From positions 4,200,001 to 4,232,000 of the forward strand of contig NC_014148.1 of assembly GCF_000092105.1 (NCBI RefSeq): a stretch of DNA of 32,000 bases. The letters run 5' to 3'. The translations under genes were made by a program, and so were the position numbers. Positions 10,149 through 17,552 of the stretch are shown here, piece by piece. Below the pieces are notes generated by a model. The model saw only the letters and a list, made by a program, of their open reading frames with translations. It had not been told where the DNA came from and did no database searches. This stretch comes from Planctopirus limnophila DSM 3776. Lineage in GTDB: Bacteria; Planctomycetota; Planctomycetia; Planctomycetales; Planctomycetaceae. The stretch's first letter is position 1. Every line of letters starts with the position of its first letter.

Positions 10149-11447
10149 GTGGTTGTGAAAAAGTCACTGACGTTGCTGATTGCCATCCTCTGGTCGTCAG
10201 CAGCCGATTTGACCTGGGCCCAGTCCGTACCAACAGACAATGCCTCTCCCATTACGCCCTCAGCAACAACCACGGCGACGGCTACAGGCACCGCCAGAGC
10301 GGCAGAAACCTGGGAGATTGCTGCACCCGATTTTCTCCCTCTCAGTCAGAAAATTTCAGCCAGCCTCAATCAAGCGATCGAACGGGGAGAGATCCCTGGC
10401 GCCGTCGTGATCGCGGGCACGCTCGATGAAACTCTGCTGCATGGCGCTGTCGGCGATCGAATCCTTTCGCCTGAGAAAATCCCCCTGCGCCCCGGCGATG
10501 TGTTTGATCTGGCGTCGTTAACCAAGCCACTGGCCACCAGCCTGGCCGTCATGAAGCTCGTCGATCATGGAAAGCTCGAACTCGATCAGCCCGTCGCAAA
10601 ATACTGGCCCGAGTTCAAACAAAACGGCAAAGAAGCCATTACTTCCATCGATCTGCTGGTCCATCGTTCCGGGCTGATTGCCGATAACGCACTGGCCGAT
10701 TATGCCCAGGGGCCAGAGGTCGCCTGGCAGAAAATGGCGAATTTGCCATTACGTCAGCCTGCAGGCACCCGGTTTGTCTATTCCGATGTCGGCTTGATGG
10801 TGATGGGCCGGGTGGTCGAAAAGATCAGTGGCAAGTCCCTCGCTGAGTTTTGCGCACAGGAACTCTATCAGCCTCTCGCTCTCAAGCGAACCAGATACCT
10901 TCCATCAGCCGCCTGGGCCGATCAACTGGTCCCAACGGAAGGGCCCATCGGCACCGTGCACGATCCCCGCGCTGCCCGGCTGGGTGGTGTTGCCGGTCAT
11001 GCGGGCTTGTTCTCCGATGCTCAGGGCATCGCCGTACTATCGCGAGCCATTCTGGTTTCGCTTCAAAATAAAGACTCTTCAGCGGCCAACATGCCTCGAA
11101 TCTTCACTCCAGTCACTGCCCGGCTGATGGTCACACCCGTTGAAGTTCCTGCGATCAGCTCCAACACGCCGACGACTGTTCACAGAGCTTTAGGTTGGGA
11201 CATGCGCTCGACCTACTCCTCGAACAGACCGACGAAAATGTCCGACAGCGCCTTTGGTCATGGCGGGTTTACCGGCACATCGCTCTGGATTGACCCCCAG
11301 CGAAAACTGTTCGTCTGCATTCTTTCCAGCAGGCTCTATCCCGATGGCAAAGGAGTCATCAATCCCCTCGCCCGTGAAATCGGCGATCTGATTGTCGAAC
11401 AGTTCGATGCGCGAACCACGAGGCCAACACCTGAAACTCCTCAGTAA
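10149..11447 (+). CDS. secreted serine hydrolase, beta-lactamase/transpeptidase fold
   Basis: Signal peptide 'KKSLTLLIAILWSSAADLTWAQS', SxxK motif 'FDLASLTKP', 'YSDVG' (YxN-like) and 'HGGFTGTSLWIDP' (HxG box). The start is probably GTG 10155, since AGGAA sits 7 nt upstream of it. Confidence 0.88.
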   Translation: MVVKKSLTLLIAILWSSAADLTWAQSVPTDNASPITPSATTTATATGTARAAETWEIAAPDFLPLSQKISASLNQAIERGEIPGAVVIAGTLDETLLHGAVGDRILSPEKIPLRPGDVFDLASLTKPLATSLAVMKLVDHGKLELDQPVAKYWPEFKQNGKEAITSIDLLVHRSGLIADNALADYAQGPEVAWQKMANLPLRQPAGTRFVYSDVGLMVMGRVVEKISGKSLAEFCAQELYQPLALKRTRYLPSAAWADQLVPTEGPIGTVHDPRAARLGGVAGHAGLFSDAQGIAVLSRAILVSLQNKDSSAANMPRIFTPVTARLMVTPVEVPAISSNTPTTVHRALGWDMRSTYSSNRPTKMSDSAFGHGGFTGTSLWIDPQRKLFVCILSSRLYPDGKGVINPLAREIGDLIVEQFDARTTRPTPETPQ

Positions 11448-11533
11448 CCACCCCTAAATCGTTGACACTGCCCCATGATGACGAAGCAGTTTCCGCACTG
11501 GCAAACGCGCGGTTTTACCGAAGAAGACCTGAA

Positions 11534-11725
11534 ATGAACCTGTCGAATGGAAAACTGTGGTTGATGATTATTCTCGCAGTGGTCCCTCTGGGATTAGCGG
11601 CTGCAGCCACCATTGCAACGGGCATGACCACTTCCGAGCGTGTGGCCGTCAGTGCCTGGGTTTCGGTAGCCGTGGTCGGAACGGCTTCTGTGATTGCCTC
11701 CGCCACAATTGCTCGTCATCAGTGA
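11534..11725 (+). CDS. possible small two-TM membrane protein
   Basis: 63 aa from ATG 11534 ('MNLSNGKLWLMIILAVVPLGLAAAATIATG...VSAWVSVAVVGTASVIASATIARHQ') with two hydrophobic helices. It has no recognisable homology and a weak RBS. Confidence 0.35.
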   Translation: MNLSNGKLWLMIILAVVPLGLAAAATIATGMTTSERVAVSAWVSVAVVGTASVIASATIARHQ

Positions 11726-11770
11726 TGGCTGCGAGAGCAGTTTATTCGGATTCCAATAAAAAACGGCGCA

Positions 11771-11860
11771 GCGGCGGGTGGCTGGGGTTGAGTCTTCGAA
11801 CCCCCAGCAATCTTCGGCACGAACTGGAGCTTCGCGAAGACGTTTGGCCCCAGACACCCC
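11771..11860. repeat. ~91-bp palindromic intergenic element (REP-C type), inverted copy of 31386-31476
   Basis: GCGGCGGGTGGCTGGGGTTGAGTCTTCGAACCCCCAG...CGCGAAGACGTTTGGCCCCAGACACCCC aligns at about 85% identity to the reverse complement of 31386-31476. The flanking AATAAAAAAC is also shared. Confidence 0.8.
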
Positions 11861-12033
11861 ATACCAAAAAACGCAGTCGAAAACTGAAATCCGTATTCGC
11901 TTGGGGGCCAAAGAACCTCATGACTCATCGTACGGAATCCTCAGAGAATGAGAGCTGCATCGCCTGCAGGCTCTGGTTATGATTTTGGCAAAAGTTTGAT
12001 TTTCTGGTCGAGTCAGGAAGTTTGAGGAAGAGC

Positions 12034-12462
12034 ATGGCTCGTAAGACACGCATGACGCGCGAGAAGCTGCCGCCGGGTGAGCACCTTTGCAGTTACTGCA
12101 CTGCCAAGTGCTGCCGTTACTTTGCCCTGCCGATTGATACTCCCACCAGCTGGGATGATTTCGACAACATGCGCTGGTACATCATGCATGGTCGCACATC
12201 GATCTTTATCGATGGAGGCACCTGGTATCTGCTCGTTTATGGTGACTGCAAAAACCTGCTCCCCGACAATCGCTGCGGTGTCTACGACACCCGGCCAGCC
12301 ATCTGCCGGAGTTACTCCACAGACAACTGCGAATACGAAGTCGGCGGCTGTTACGACAAATTCTTCGAAGCTCCGGAACAACTCTGGGAATACGCCGAAG
12401 CCATCCTGCCACCACGAAAAGTCAAACGCGAAAAAGCCACTGCTCTTCCTGTACTCAATTAA
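12034..12462 (+). CDS. YkgJ-family (UPF0153) cysteine-cluster protein
   Basis: 'CSYCTAKCCRYF' (CxxCxxCC) together with 'GDCKNLLPDNRCGVYDTRPAICRSY' is the YkgJ/Fe-S-or-Zn cluster signature. ATG 12034 is preceded by GAGGAAG. Confidence 0.85.
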   Translation: MARKTRMTREKLPPGEHLCSYCTAKCCRYFALPIDTPTSWDDFDNMRWYIMHGRTSIFIDGGTWYLLVYGDCKNLLPDNRCGVYDTRPAICRSYSTDNCEYEVGGCYDKFFEAPEQLWEYAEAILPPRKVKREKATALPVLN

Positions 12463-12490
12463 TCTCAAGCGTTTTTCCGAACTGCGTTTC

Positions 12491-12533
12491 TACGGCTGGG
12501 TGGCTGGGGTCAAACGTCCTCGTTTGCCCCCAG
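12491..12533 (+). repeat. REP-B hairpin repeat (GGGTGGCTGGGGT-CAAACG-TCCT-CGTTTG-CCCCCAG)
   Basis: Identical 43-nt copy at 24768-24810. Inverted or degenerate copies lie at 24890-24934, 22346-22376 and 22471-22500. Confidence 0.85.
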
Positions 12534-12574
12534 TTCATTCGACTTTGATAGTTTCTGACGAACGCTGAACGGCT

Positions 12575-12607
12575 GTGTGCCATGCTTGCAGCTTTGGGGC
12601 AAGCATG
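12575..12607 (+). repeat. REP-A hairpin repeat (GTGTGCCATGCTTGC-loop-GCAAGCATG)
   Basis: Perfect 9-bp stem CATGCTTGC (12581-12589) / GCAAGCATG (12599-12607). Related copies lie at 21075, 22155 and 31301. Confidence 0.8.
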
Positions 12608-12839
12608 TCTTCAGTGGGTAACTCCGGTTGAAATTCTGATTTCTACCGGAGTGGTGAAGCCACAGGAGCGCACTGTCAACGCTGCAACTTCAACCTTGTC
12701 TCATCAGAGATCTTCCGAAACTTGCCTAGCGGATCTTACCGCAATAAACCCTCCCGAGCCTCCGGGCACACTGGTAGACAGCAGAGTGCCAACGTGTCCT
12801 ACCTTGAGATGAACGCCACTTAACAAATAGGAGCAAGTG

Positions 12840-13283
12840 ATGCAAATTGTGGACCTGCTCAGTACGAGTGGTGCGACAGCCACCCAAATTGGCAACTTGG
12901 AGCGAGTGATCGGATCGGCTCTCCCATCCGACTATTGTCGCTTTCTAGCAGACTTTAACGGGGGGCGACCATCACCTTCTGATTTTGAGGGGCCAACCGG
13001 TGATGGTTCTGTAGTGAATTGGTTTTTTACCCTAAATCAAGACGAACAAACCTATTTCATCCCTCGGAGGATAGAGGCTTACAAGGATCGAATTCCGCCT
13101 AAGTTACTTCCGATTGCTTCCGATCCGTTTGGTAATCTCGTTCTTCTCGACCTCGGAGCCAAGGTGTTCGGTGCGATCTTTTTCTGGGATCACGAGAAAG
13201 AGAACACTGAAGGCGACCCGTGGTGGGATAACATCGCCTTCATTGCTCCATCGTTCACCGATTTTGTGAATGGGTTGCATTGA
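12840..13283 (+). CDS. SMI1/KNR4 (SUKH-1) family protein, immunity-protein-like
   Basis: 'LERVIGSALPSDYCRFLADFNGGRP', 'LLPIASDPFGNLVLLDLG' and 'GAIFFWDHE' are the typical SMI1/KNR4 blocks. AGGAG sits 6 nt upstream of ATG 12840. Local GC is lower than in the flanks. Confidence 0.85.
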   Translation: MQIVDLLSTSGATATQIGNLERVIGSALPSDYCRFLADFNGGRPSPSDFEGPTGDGSVVNWFFTLNQDEQTYFIPRRIEAYKDRIPPKLLPIASDPFGNLVLLDLGAKVFGAIFFWDHEKENTEGDPWWDNIAFIAPSFTDFVNGLH

Positions 13284-13503
13284 CCTAAGCCAATGTCGGG
13301 CAAATCAAAGGGCTCACTCATTGTTTTTTTCGACCAGTCGTAAGCCTGCTGCGATACCCAGAGCACTACGAGCGTGTAAGGCCAGTGGTCTGTAACATCA
13401 ATCCCTTTGATTTCTCCGTTTGAATTGAAAAGCGTTCCTTGAAGTCTCTCTTGTGACTATGGTCACCCAGACGTGAATCTGATCGACTTGCTTAAGTAAG
13501 AAT

Positions 13504-13833
13504 ATGACTATAATGGTTAAAGATATCCACTACTACCGCTCGTTCGATCTCTTGTCTGCAAGCGAGAAAATACGAGAACTGGGCAACGATAGAGGGAGCT
13601 CTGAGGTTTTCGCTGATGCCATTCATTCACTACTGATTGCAGCGGAAGAACGGAGTGTTGGCAGCAGTGAAATCGAACAGGTTTTGGGAAAACCGGATCG
13701 TATTGTAGACAACGAAGGTGGCGAAGTATGGGAGTATGACTGGTCTGACATGTATGGGCCAATTAAATACACATCATTGACGCCATTCCAAATCACGAAC
13801 GGAGTATGCACGGGTTTAGCCCCCGATGAATAG
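13504..13833 (+). CDS. small hypothetical protein (low-GC islet)
   Basis: 109-aa ORF with natural amino-acid composition ('VLGKPDRIVDNEGGEVWEYDWSDMYGP'). The antisense ORFs have implausible composition. No family recognised. Confidence 0.55.
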   Translation: MTIMVKDIHYYRSFDLLSASEKIRELGNDRGSSEVFADAIHSLLIAAEERSVGSSEIEQVLGKPDRIVDNEGGEVWEYDWSDMYGPIKYTSLTPFQITNGVCTGLAPDE

Positions 13834-13983
13834 CCCAATGATCCGCCTAGTACTCTTTGGCAAGGGAGGCCCAGACGTGCAAATCCACGTCAGGGCCACC
13901 CTGCCAAGTGAATTATCCAGCCAACTTCAAACTGACATTCAGTGATTAGCTCGAATCGCACTAAACAACACTAAGTAGACACA

Positions 13984-14367
13984 ATGACAACCGAGTCGAT
14001 AACGATTTACGTTGGACAATGGAATAACCGAGACTATGTTTTTTCCTTAGAAAAGGAGGAGGCTGAGTCGCTCGTTAACGCACACTTTGCTTTTGGTGAT
14101 CCTTTAGAAGATGAGTACGCGTTAGGCAATTATTGGGCTACAGGCGACAATGCTGAGGGATGGCGAATAGTCGAGAGGAAGATCTCGGTTCCTGTCATCA
14201 AGGTTCACATCAAGATATCTGAAGATGGAGGTACATCGCATGTCACATGGCGATGCCCATCCTGTAAACAGCCTTACAGTGATGATTGGGAAGCCAATGA
14301 CGAACTACCAACTTTACTAGCTTGTGGTTGTGAAACAACATCAAAATATCTCTTGGGTGTGTCGTAG
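13984..14367 (+). CDS. small hypothetical protein with C-terminal CxxC...CxC motif (low-GC islet)
   Basis: 127-aa acidic ORF. 'WRCPSCKQPYSDDWEANDELPTLLACGCE' suggests a small zinc-ribbon-like element. No family recognised. Confidence 0.55.
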   Translation: MTTESITIYVGQWNNRDYVFSLEKEEAESLVNAHFAFGDPLEDEYALGNYWATGDNAEGWRIVERKISVPVIKVHIKISEDGGTSHVTWRCPSCKQPYSDDWEANDELPTLLACGCETTSKYLLGVS

Positions 14368-14511
14368 GGCGACCCCGGCTGAGATGCTGACTTCTATCCG
14401 GGTGGAGAAGTTCAAGGCAGGCACTGACCACTCTACAACTTTAACCTTGTTCCATCTGACATCCTCAAATAGTCGCATAGCGTTACTTCACCTGCATCCA
14501 GCCAAACAACA

Positions 14512-14557
14512 GCGGCGTATGAGGCTCTGGTCATGACACCCAAGCCTCATACGCCGC
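14512..14557 (-). terminator. strong hairpin downstream of the sugar-phosphate isomerase gene (possibly bidirectional terminator)
   Basis: Perfect 15-bp inverted repeat GCGGCGTATGAGGCT (14512-14526) / AGCCTCATACGCCGC (14543-14557) with a 16-nt loop. It lies 23 nt past the stop at 14580 and is followed on the minus strand by TGTTGTTTGG. Confidence 0.55.
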
Positions 14558-14579
14558 ATGGCTTTTCATCAATCAAGTT

Positions 14580-15575
14580 TCAGTCGCTGAAGGCCGCATC
14601 GAAGGCCCGGCCGCTGGGTTTGAAATCGACATTCTTCACGTACTGGCACGCTTCGCGGGCACCATGTTCGCGATCCATGCCACTGTCTTCCCATTCAATC
14701 GAAAGCGGGCCTTCGTACTTGATGTGATTCAGAGCGCGAATAATGTCTTCAAACTGCACACCACCACGGCCCACACTGCGGAAATCCCAGCCCCGCCGGG
14801 AATCACCAAACGAAAGGTGGCTGGAAAGAATGCCACTCTTGCCATTGAGTGTGACTTTGGCATCCTTCATATGGGCATGATAGATACGATCCGGGAAGGC
14901 GCGGATGAATTCGACGGGGTCCACCCCTTGCCAGATCAGGTGGCTGGGATCGAAATTGAAGCCGAATTCTTCCCTGCGGTCGAGCACCTGCAGAGATCGC
15001 TCAGCGGTATAGATATCGAAAGCAATCTCTGTGGGGTGAACTTCCAGTGCGAACTTGACGCCGCATTCCTGGAAGACATCGAGAATCGGGTTCCAGCGGT
15101 CGGCCAGAAGCTGGAATCCATCATCGATCATCGATTTGGGTGTGGGAGGAAAATCGTAAGTCAGGTGCCAGATGCTGGAACCGGTAAAGCCATTCACCAC
15201 ACTGACACCCAGCTTGCGGGCAGCGCGAGCCGTGTTTTTCATTTCTTCCGCCGCACGGTGATTGACACCTTCCGGCTGTCCATCGCCCCAGACGTAGGCG
15301 GGAAGAATCGATTTGTGCCGAGCGTCAATCTTGTCGAGGACAGCCTGGCCCACGAGATGGTTCGAGATCGCGAACACATGCAGGTCGTACTTTTCGAGCA
15401 AGTCACGCTTCCGCTGGCAATAGCCGTCATCGGAAAGGGCCTTATCCACTTCAAAGTGGTCACCCCAGCAGGCGAGTTCGAGACCATCAAAACCAAAGTC
15501 CCGAGCTTTCTTGCAAAGATCTTCCAGCTTGAGGTCGGCCCACTGGCCGGTAAAGAGCGTGACAGGACGAGACAT
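14580..15575 (-). CDS. sugar phosphate isomerase/epimerase (xylose-isomerase-like TIM barrel)
   Basis: 331 aa. '[15 protein letters not shown]', '[13 protein letters not shown]', '[15 protein letters not shown]', 'HAHMKDA' and 'GPLSIEWED' follow the AP-endonuclease-2/xylose-isomerase-like barrel pattern with its metal ligands. Confidence 0.9.
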   Translation of the reverse strand: MSRPVTLFTGQWADLKLEDLCKKARDFGFDGLELACWGDHFEVDKALSDDGYCQRKRDLLEKYDLHVFAISNHLVGQAVLDKIDARHKSILPAYVWGDGQPEGVNHRAAEEMKNTARAARKLGVSVVNGFTGSSIWHLTYDFPPTPKSMIDDGFQLLADRWNPILDVFQECGVKFALEVHPTEIAFDIYTAERSLQVLDRREEFGFNFDPSHLIWQGVDPVEFIRAFPDRIYHAHMKDAKVTLNGKSGILSSHLSFGDSRRGWDFRSVGRGGVQFEDIIRALNHIKYEGPLSIEWEDSGMDREHGAREACQYVKNVDFKPSGRAFDAAFSD

Positions 15576-16137
15576 GACGTGACCTCGGCGCGAGAGAACA
15601 ATGACGGAATTTCAGACCCTCGCCTGAACAAAAACCAAGGTCAAAACCCGATTCCGGCACAGATCAAGAGTCGCACATAAGAATGGTATGGCCGTTTTCT
15701 GGACGTTTGTAAAGGGAATGAAGTCCGAATGAATCGCTTATTCATGTGACTCCGGATCGGCGCGATGAGAGAGAACAACACTGGACTGGTTCTTTTCTCC
15801 AAGAAGCAGCCATGAACCTGCAGAAAACGAAAACCTGTGTCTTCTGAGAGAGGTGAGAAAAGGATTTGCGAATGAATTCCGTACGAGTTTCTACTTGTCT
15901 CCGGATGATGACTGAACTGTTACGACGAATGGCCAGAAAATTTGTTCTTTTGTTGTTACCTCAGCCTACAGTCCGCATCTAAGCCATCAAGAGAGATGTG
16001 GAAATTGACAGGCGGATCGCAGGGGTTGTCTTTCGAGCCATCTCATTCCTTCCTTCTCAGGCTGTTTCCAGTTTTCTCCTGGAACGAGAGAGTTCACGAA
16101 GGAAAAACTTTCATCGAAAACTCATCTGACCGGATCA

Positions 16138-16836
16138 TTGTCGATGTGGATTAGAGTACTGGCGGCAGACGAACTCATAAGGATCTGCTCGAATTGCCCT
16201 TCTGCCCGACAGAGGGAATTCAAAACGAAGTCAGTGATCTATTTGTCTCAGCCCAGAGAAACGGTATGGATAGTTCGAGAAGGCTTCGTAAAGCTGACGT
16301 TAACCCGCGACACTGGTGATCGCTGGATGCAGGCAATCGTCGGACGTGGTGGCCTGTTTGGTGCACCACTTTTCCATCAGGATCGATCTCCCTCTTCAGC
16401 CACGGGAGAATTGGCACAGCAGGCGACTGCACACGGCCGTATAAAACTCATTGAGCTTGATCGATCATTTGTTGAGCAAGGGATCCGCATCGAGTCACAT
16501 CGTTCGGCTGCCATTATTGAATCATTCACAAGTCAAATCAGAATTCTGGAGCGTCGTCTGCTTTGGCAGAACACTTCACCACTGAGAGCGCGTATTGCGA
16601 CAATTCTGTGTGATCTGGTCACCAAAGAATGTCATCAACCCAGTCAAGATTGTGCTGTCAGTGTCCCGTTAACACATCAGGAGCTTGCCGATCTTTCCCG
16701 TGCCACACGCCCCGTTGTCAGTAAGATCCTGGCTGAGTGGAAGCAGCAGCAAATCATCTCTTACACGCGACAAGACATTCGTGTGTCCGATTACCGTCGC
16801 CTTTTCGAAATTGCCGGCGAGATAACTCCCAGGTAA
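16138..16836 (+). CDS. Crp/Fnr family transcriptional regulator
   Basis: An N-terminal cNMP-binding-like beta-barrel ('VWIVREGFVKLTLTRDTGDRWMQAIVGRGGLFG') and a C-terminal HTH ('LTHQELADLSRATRPVVSKILAEWKQQQIISY'). Confidence 0.85.
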   Translation: MSMWIRVLAADELIRICSNCPSARQREFKTKSVIYLSQPRETVWIVREGFVKLTLTRDTGDRWMQAIVGRGGLFGAPLFHQDRSPSSATGELAQQATAHGRIKLIELDRSFVEQGIRIESHRSAAIIESFTSQIRILERRLLWQNTSPLRARIATILCDLVTKECHQPSQDCAVSVPLTHQELADLSRATRPVVSKILAEWKQQQIISYTRQDIRVSDYRRLFEIAGEITPR

Positions 16837-16845
16837 GTCATAGAA

Positions 16846-16886
16846 ATTCCTTCTGTTTGTCATCTAGCTGACAAACAGAAGGGAAT
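16846..16886 (+). promoter_or_regulatory. 17/18-bp inverted repeat with a TGTCA-N6-TGACA core, either an operator for the adjacent Crp/Fnr regulator or the terminator of its gene
   Basis: ATTCCTTCTGTTTGTCA (16846-16862), TCTAGC, TGACAAACAGAAGGGAAT (16869-16886). It lies 10 nt after the regulator stop codon and about 135 nt upstream of the precursor A1 start. Confidence 0.5.
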
Positions 16887-17020
16887 AGCCCCGTTATGTT
16901 CGCGGGAAATACTTGATCGATACAGCGACGTGATTGAGTCGCCCTGTGTCGTCTGGTCGTCATGGGAAGGAGATTGCCTCCTTCCCGATTCGAGTGGTAG
17001 GACTGTTCAGGAGCACTCAG

Positions 17021-17482
17021 ATGGATTCGCAAGGTATGGACTCAAACGGTATGGATCGTCGTCATTTCAGCAAACTCGCGGCAACCGCGATCGGCGGCCT
17101 GCTCGCCGGTGCCAATGTCGGCATGGCCCAGGAAAAGGCCCTCGCGAAGAAAGATCCCAAGACGAGCTTTCTCCTCCAGGAACCTCACATTTGCCGCGGG
17201 CTGAACCCGACTTGCAAGGGTGAGATCAAAGGCAAGAAGCATGATTGCGCCGGACAGGCGCACTATGCCTCAGTCGAAATCACAGAGCATGTCTGCAAGG
17301 GACACAACGACTGCGCTGGCGAAGGTGGATGTGGCGAGAAGCCAGGCGAAAACACCTGCAAAGGTAAGGGTGAGTGCGCCATTCCACTCAGCGATGAGAC
17401 TTGGAAGAAGGCACGCAAAAACTTCGAGGCCGCTATGACCAAGGCTGGCAAGAAGTTCGGTCCCGCCCCGGCTAAATCGTAG
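17021..17482 (+). CDS. exported Cys-rich RiPP precursor A1 (bufferin/Hvf-like metallophore precursor; Tat-like signal peptide)
   Basis: 'MDRRHFSKLAATAIGGLLAGANVGMAQE' is a signal peptide. The core holds 8 Cys in CxGxNxxCKG / NDCAG / EGGCGE / NTCKGKGEC motifs. The gene sits immediately upstream of a DUF692 gene. Start ATG 17021 has AGGAG 7 nt upstream, with alternatives at 17036 and 17051. Confidence 0.8.
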   Translation: MDSQGMDSNGMDRRHFSKLAATAIGGLLAGANVGMAQEKALAKKDPKTSFLLQEPHICRGLNPTCKGEIKGKKHDCAGQAHYASVEITEHVCKGHNDCAGEGGCGEKPGENTCKGKGECAIPLSDETWKKARKNFEAAMTKAGKKFGPAPAKS

Positions 17483-17552
17483 GGTCGGCCCCACAATCCC
17501 TCGCCAAGACGACGACCGCGCGAACGTAGGGATAGTTCCGCATGATTCTTGT

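Noticed and set aside
11557-11982. ORFs 11557..11982 (+), 11594..11911 (-) and 11719..11928 (-), and the analogous 31356..31625, 31399..31785 and 31231..31458
   Set aside because: They run through the palindromic 91-bp repeat elements, and the shared 'GFEDSTPATRR' and 'QPQPPAA' peptides are just translated repeats. They have no RBS, overlap in several frames and are non-coding.
12582-12812. 76-aa ORF upstream of the SMI1/KNR4 gene, considered as a possible toxin C-terminal remnant
   Set aside because: It starts inside the REP-A hairpin, has no toxin-like motif and has a low-complexity Thr/Pro/Ser composition. There is no evidence of a truncated polymorphic toxin.
13290-13440. Minus-strand open frame ('NGEIKGIDVTDHWPYTLVVLWVSQQAYDW...') in the spacer after the SMI1/KNR4 gene, considered as a possible pseudogene fragment
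   Set aside because: It has no start codon before a 44-codon remainder, is bounded by in-frame stops, and shows no recognisable family, so it cannot be supported.
14664-15680. 338-aa ORF on the + strand
   Set aside because: It is exactly antisense to the well-supported sugar-phosphate isomerase gene (14580..15575). Its composition is Arg/Gly/His-rich with no motifs, a typical high-GC antisense shadow ORF.
16913-16924. TTGATCGATACA, a possible FNR box (TTGAT-N4-ATCAA) upstream of precursor A1
   Set aside because: Only the left half-site matches, and the right half (ACAGC) matches 2 of 5 positions. This is too weak to call.
16934-17020. N-terminal extension of precursor A1 ('MSRPVSSGRHGKEIASFPIRVVGLFRSTQ')
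   Set aside because: It would place 40 or more residues ahead of the twin-arginine signal. ATG 17021 has an AGGAG RBS, so the extension is probably 5'-UTR.
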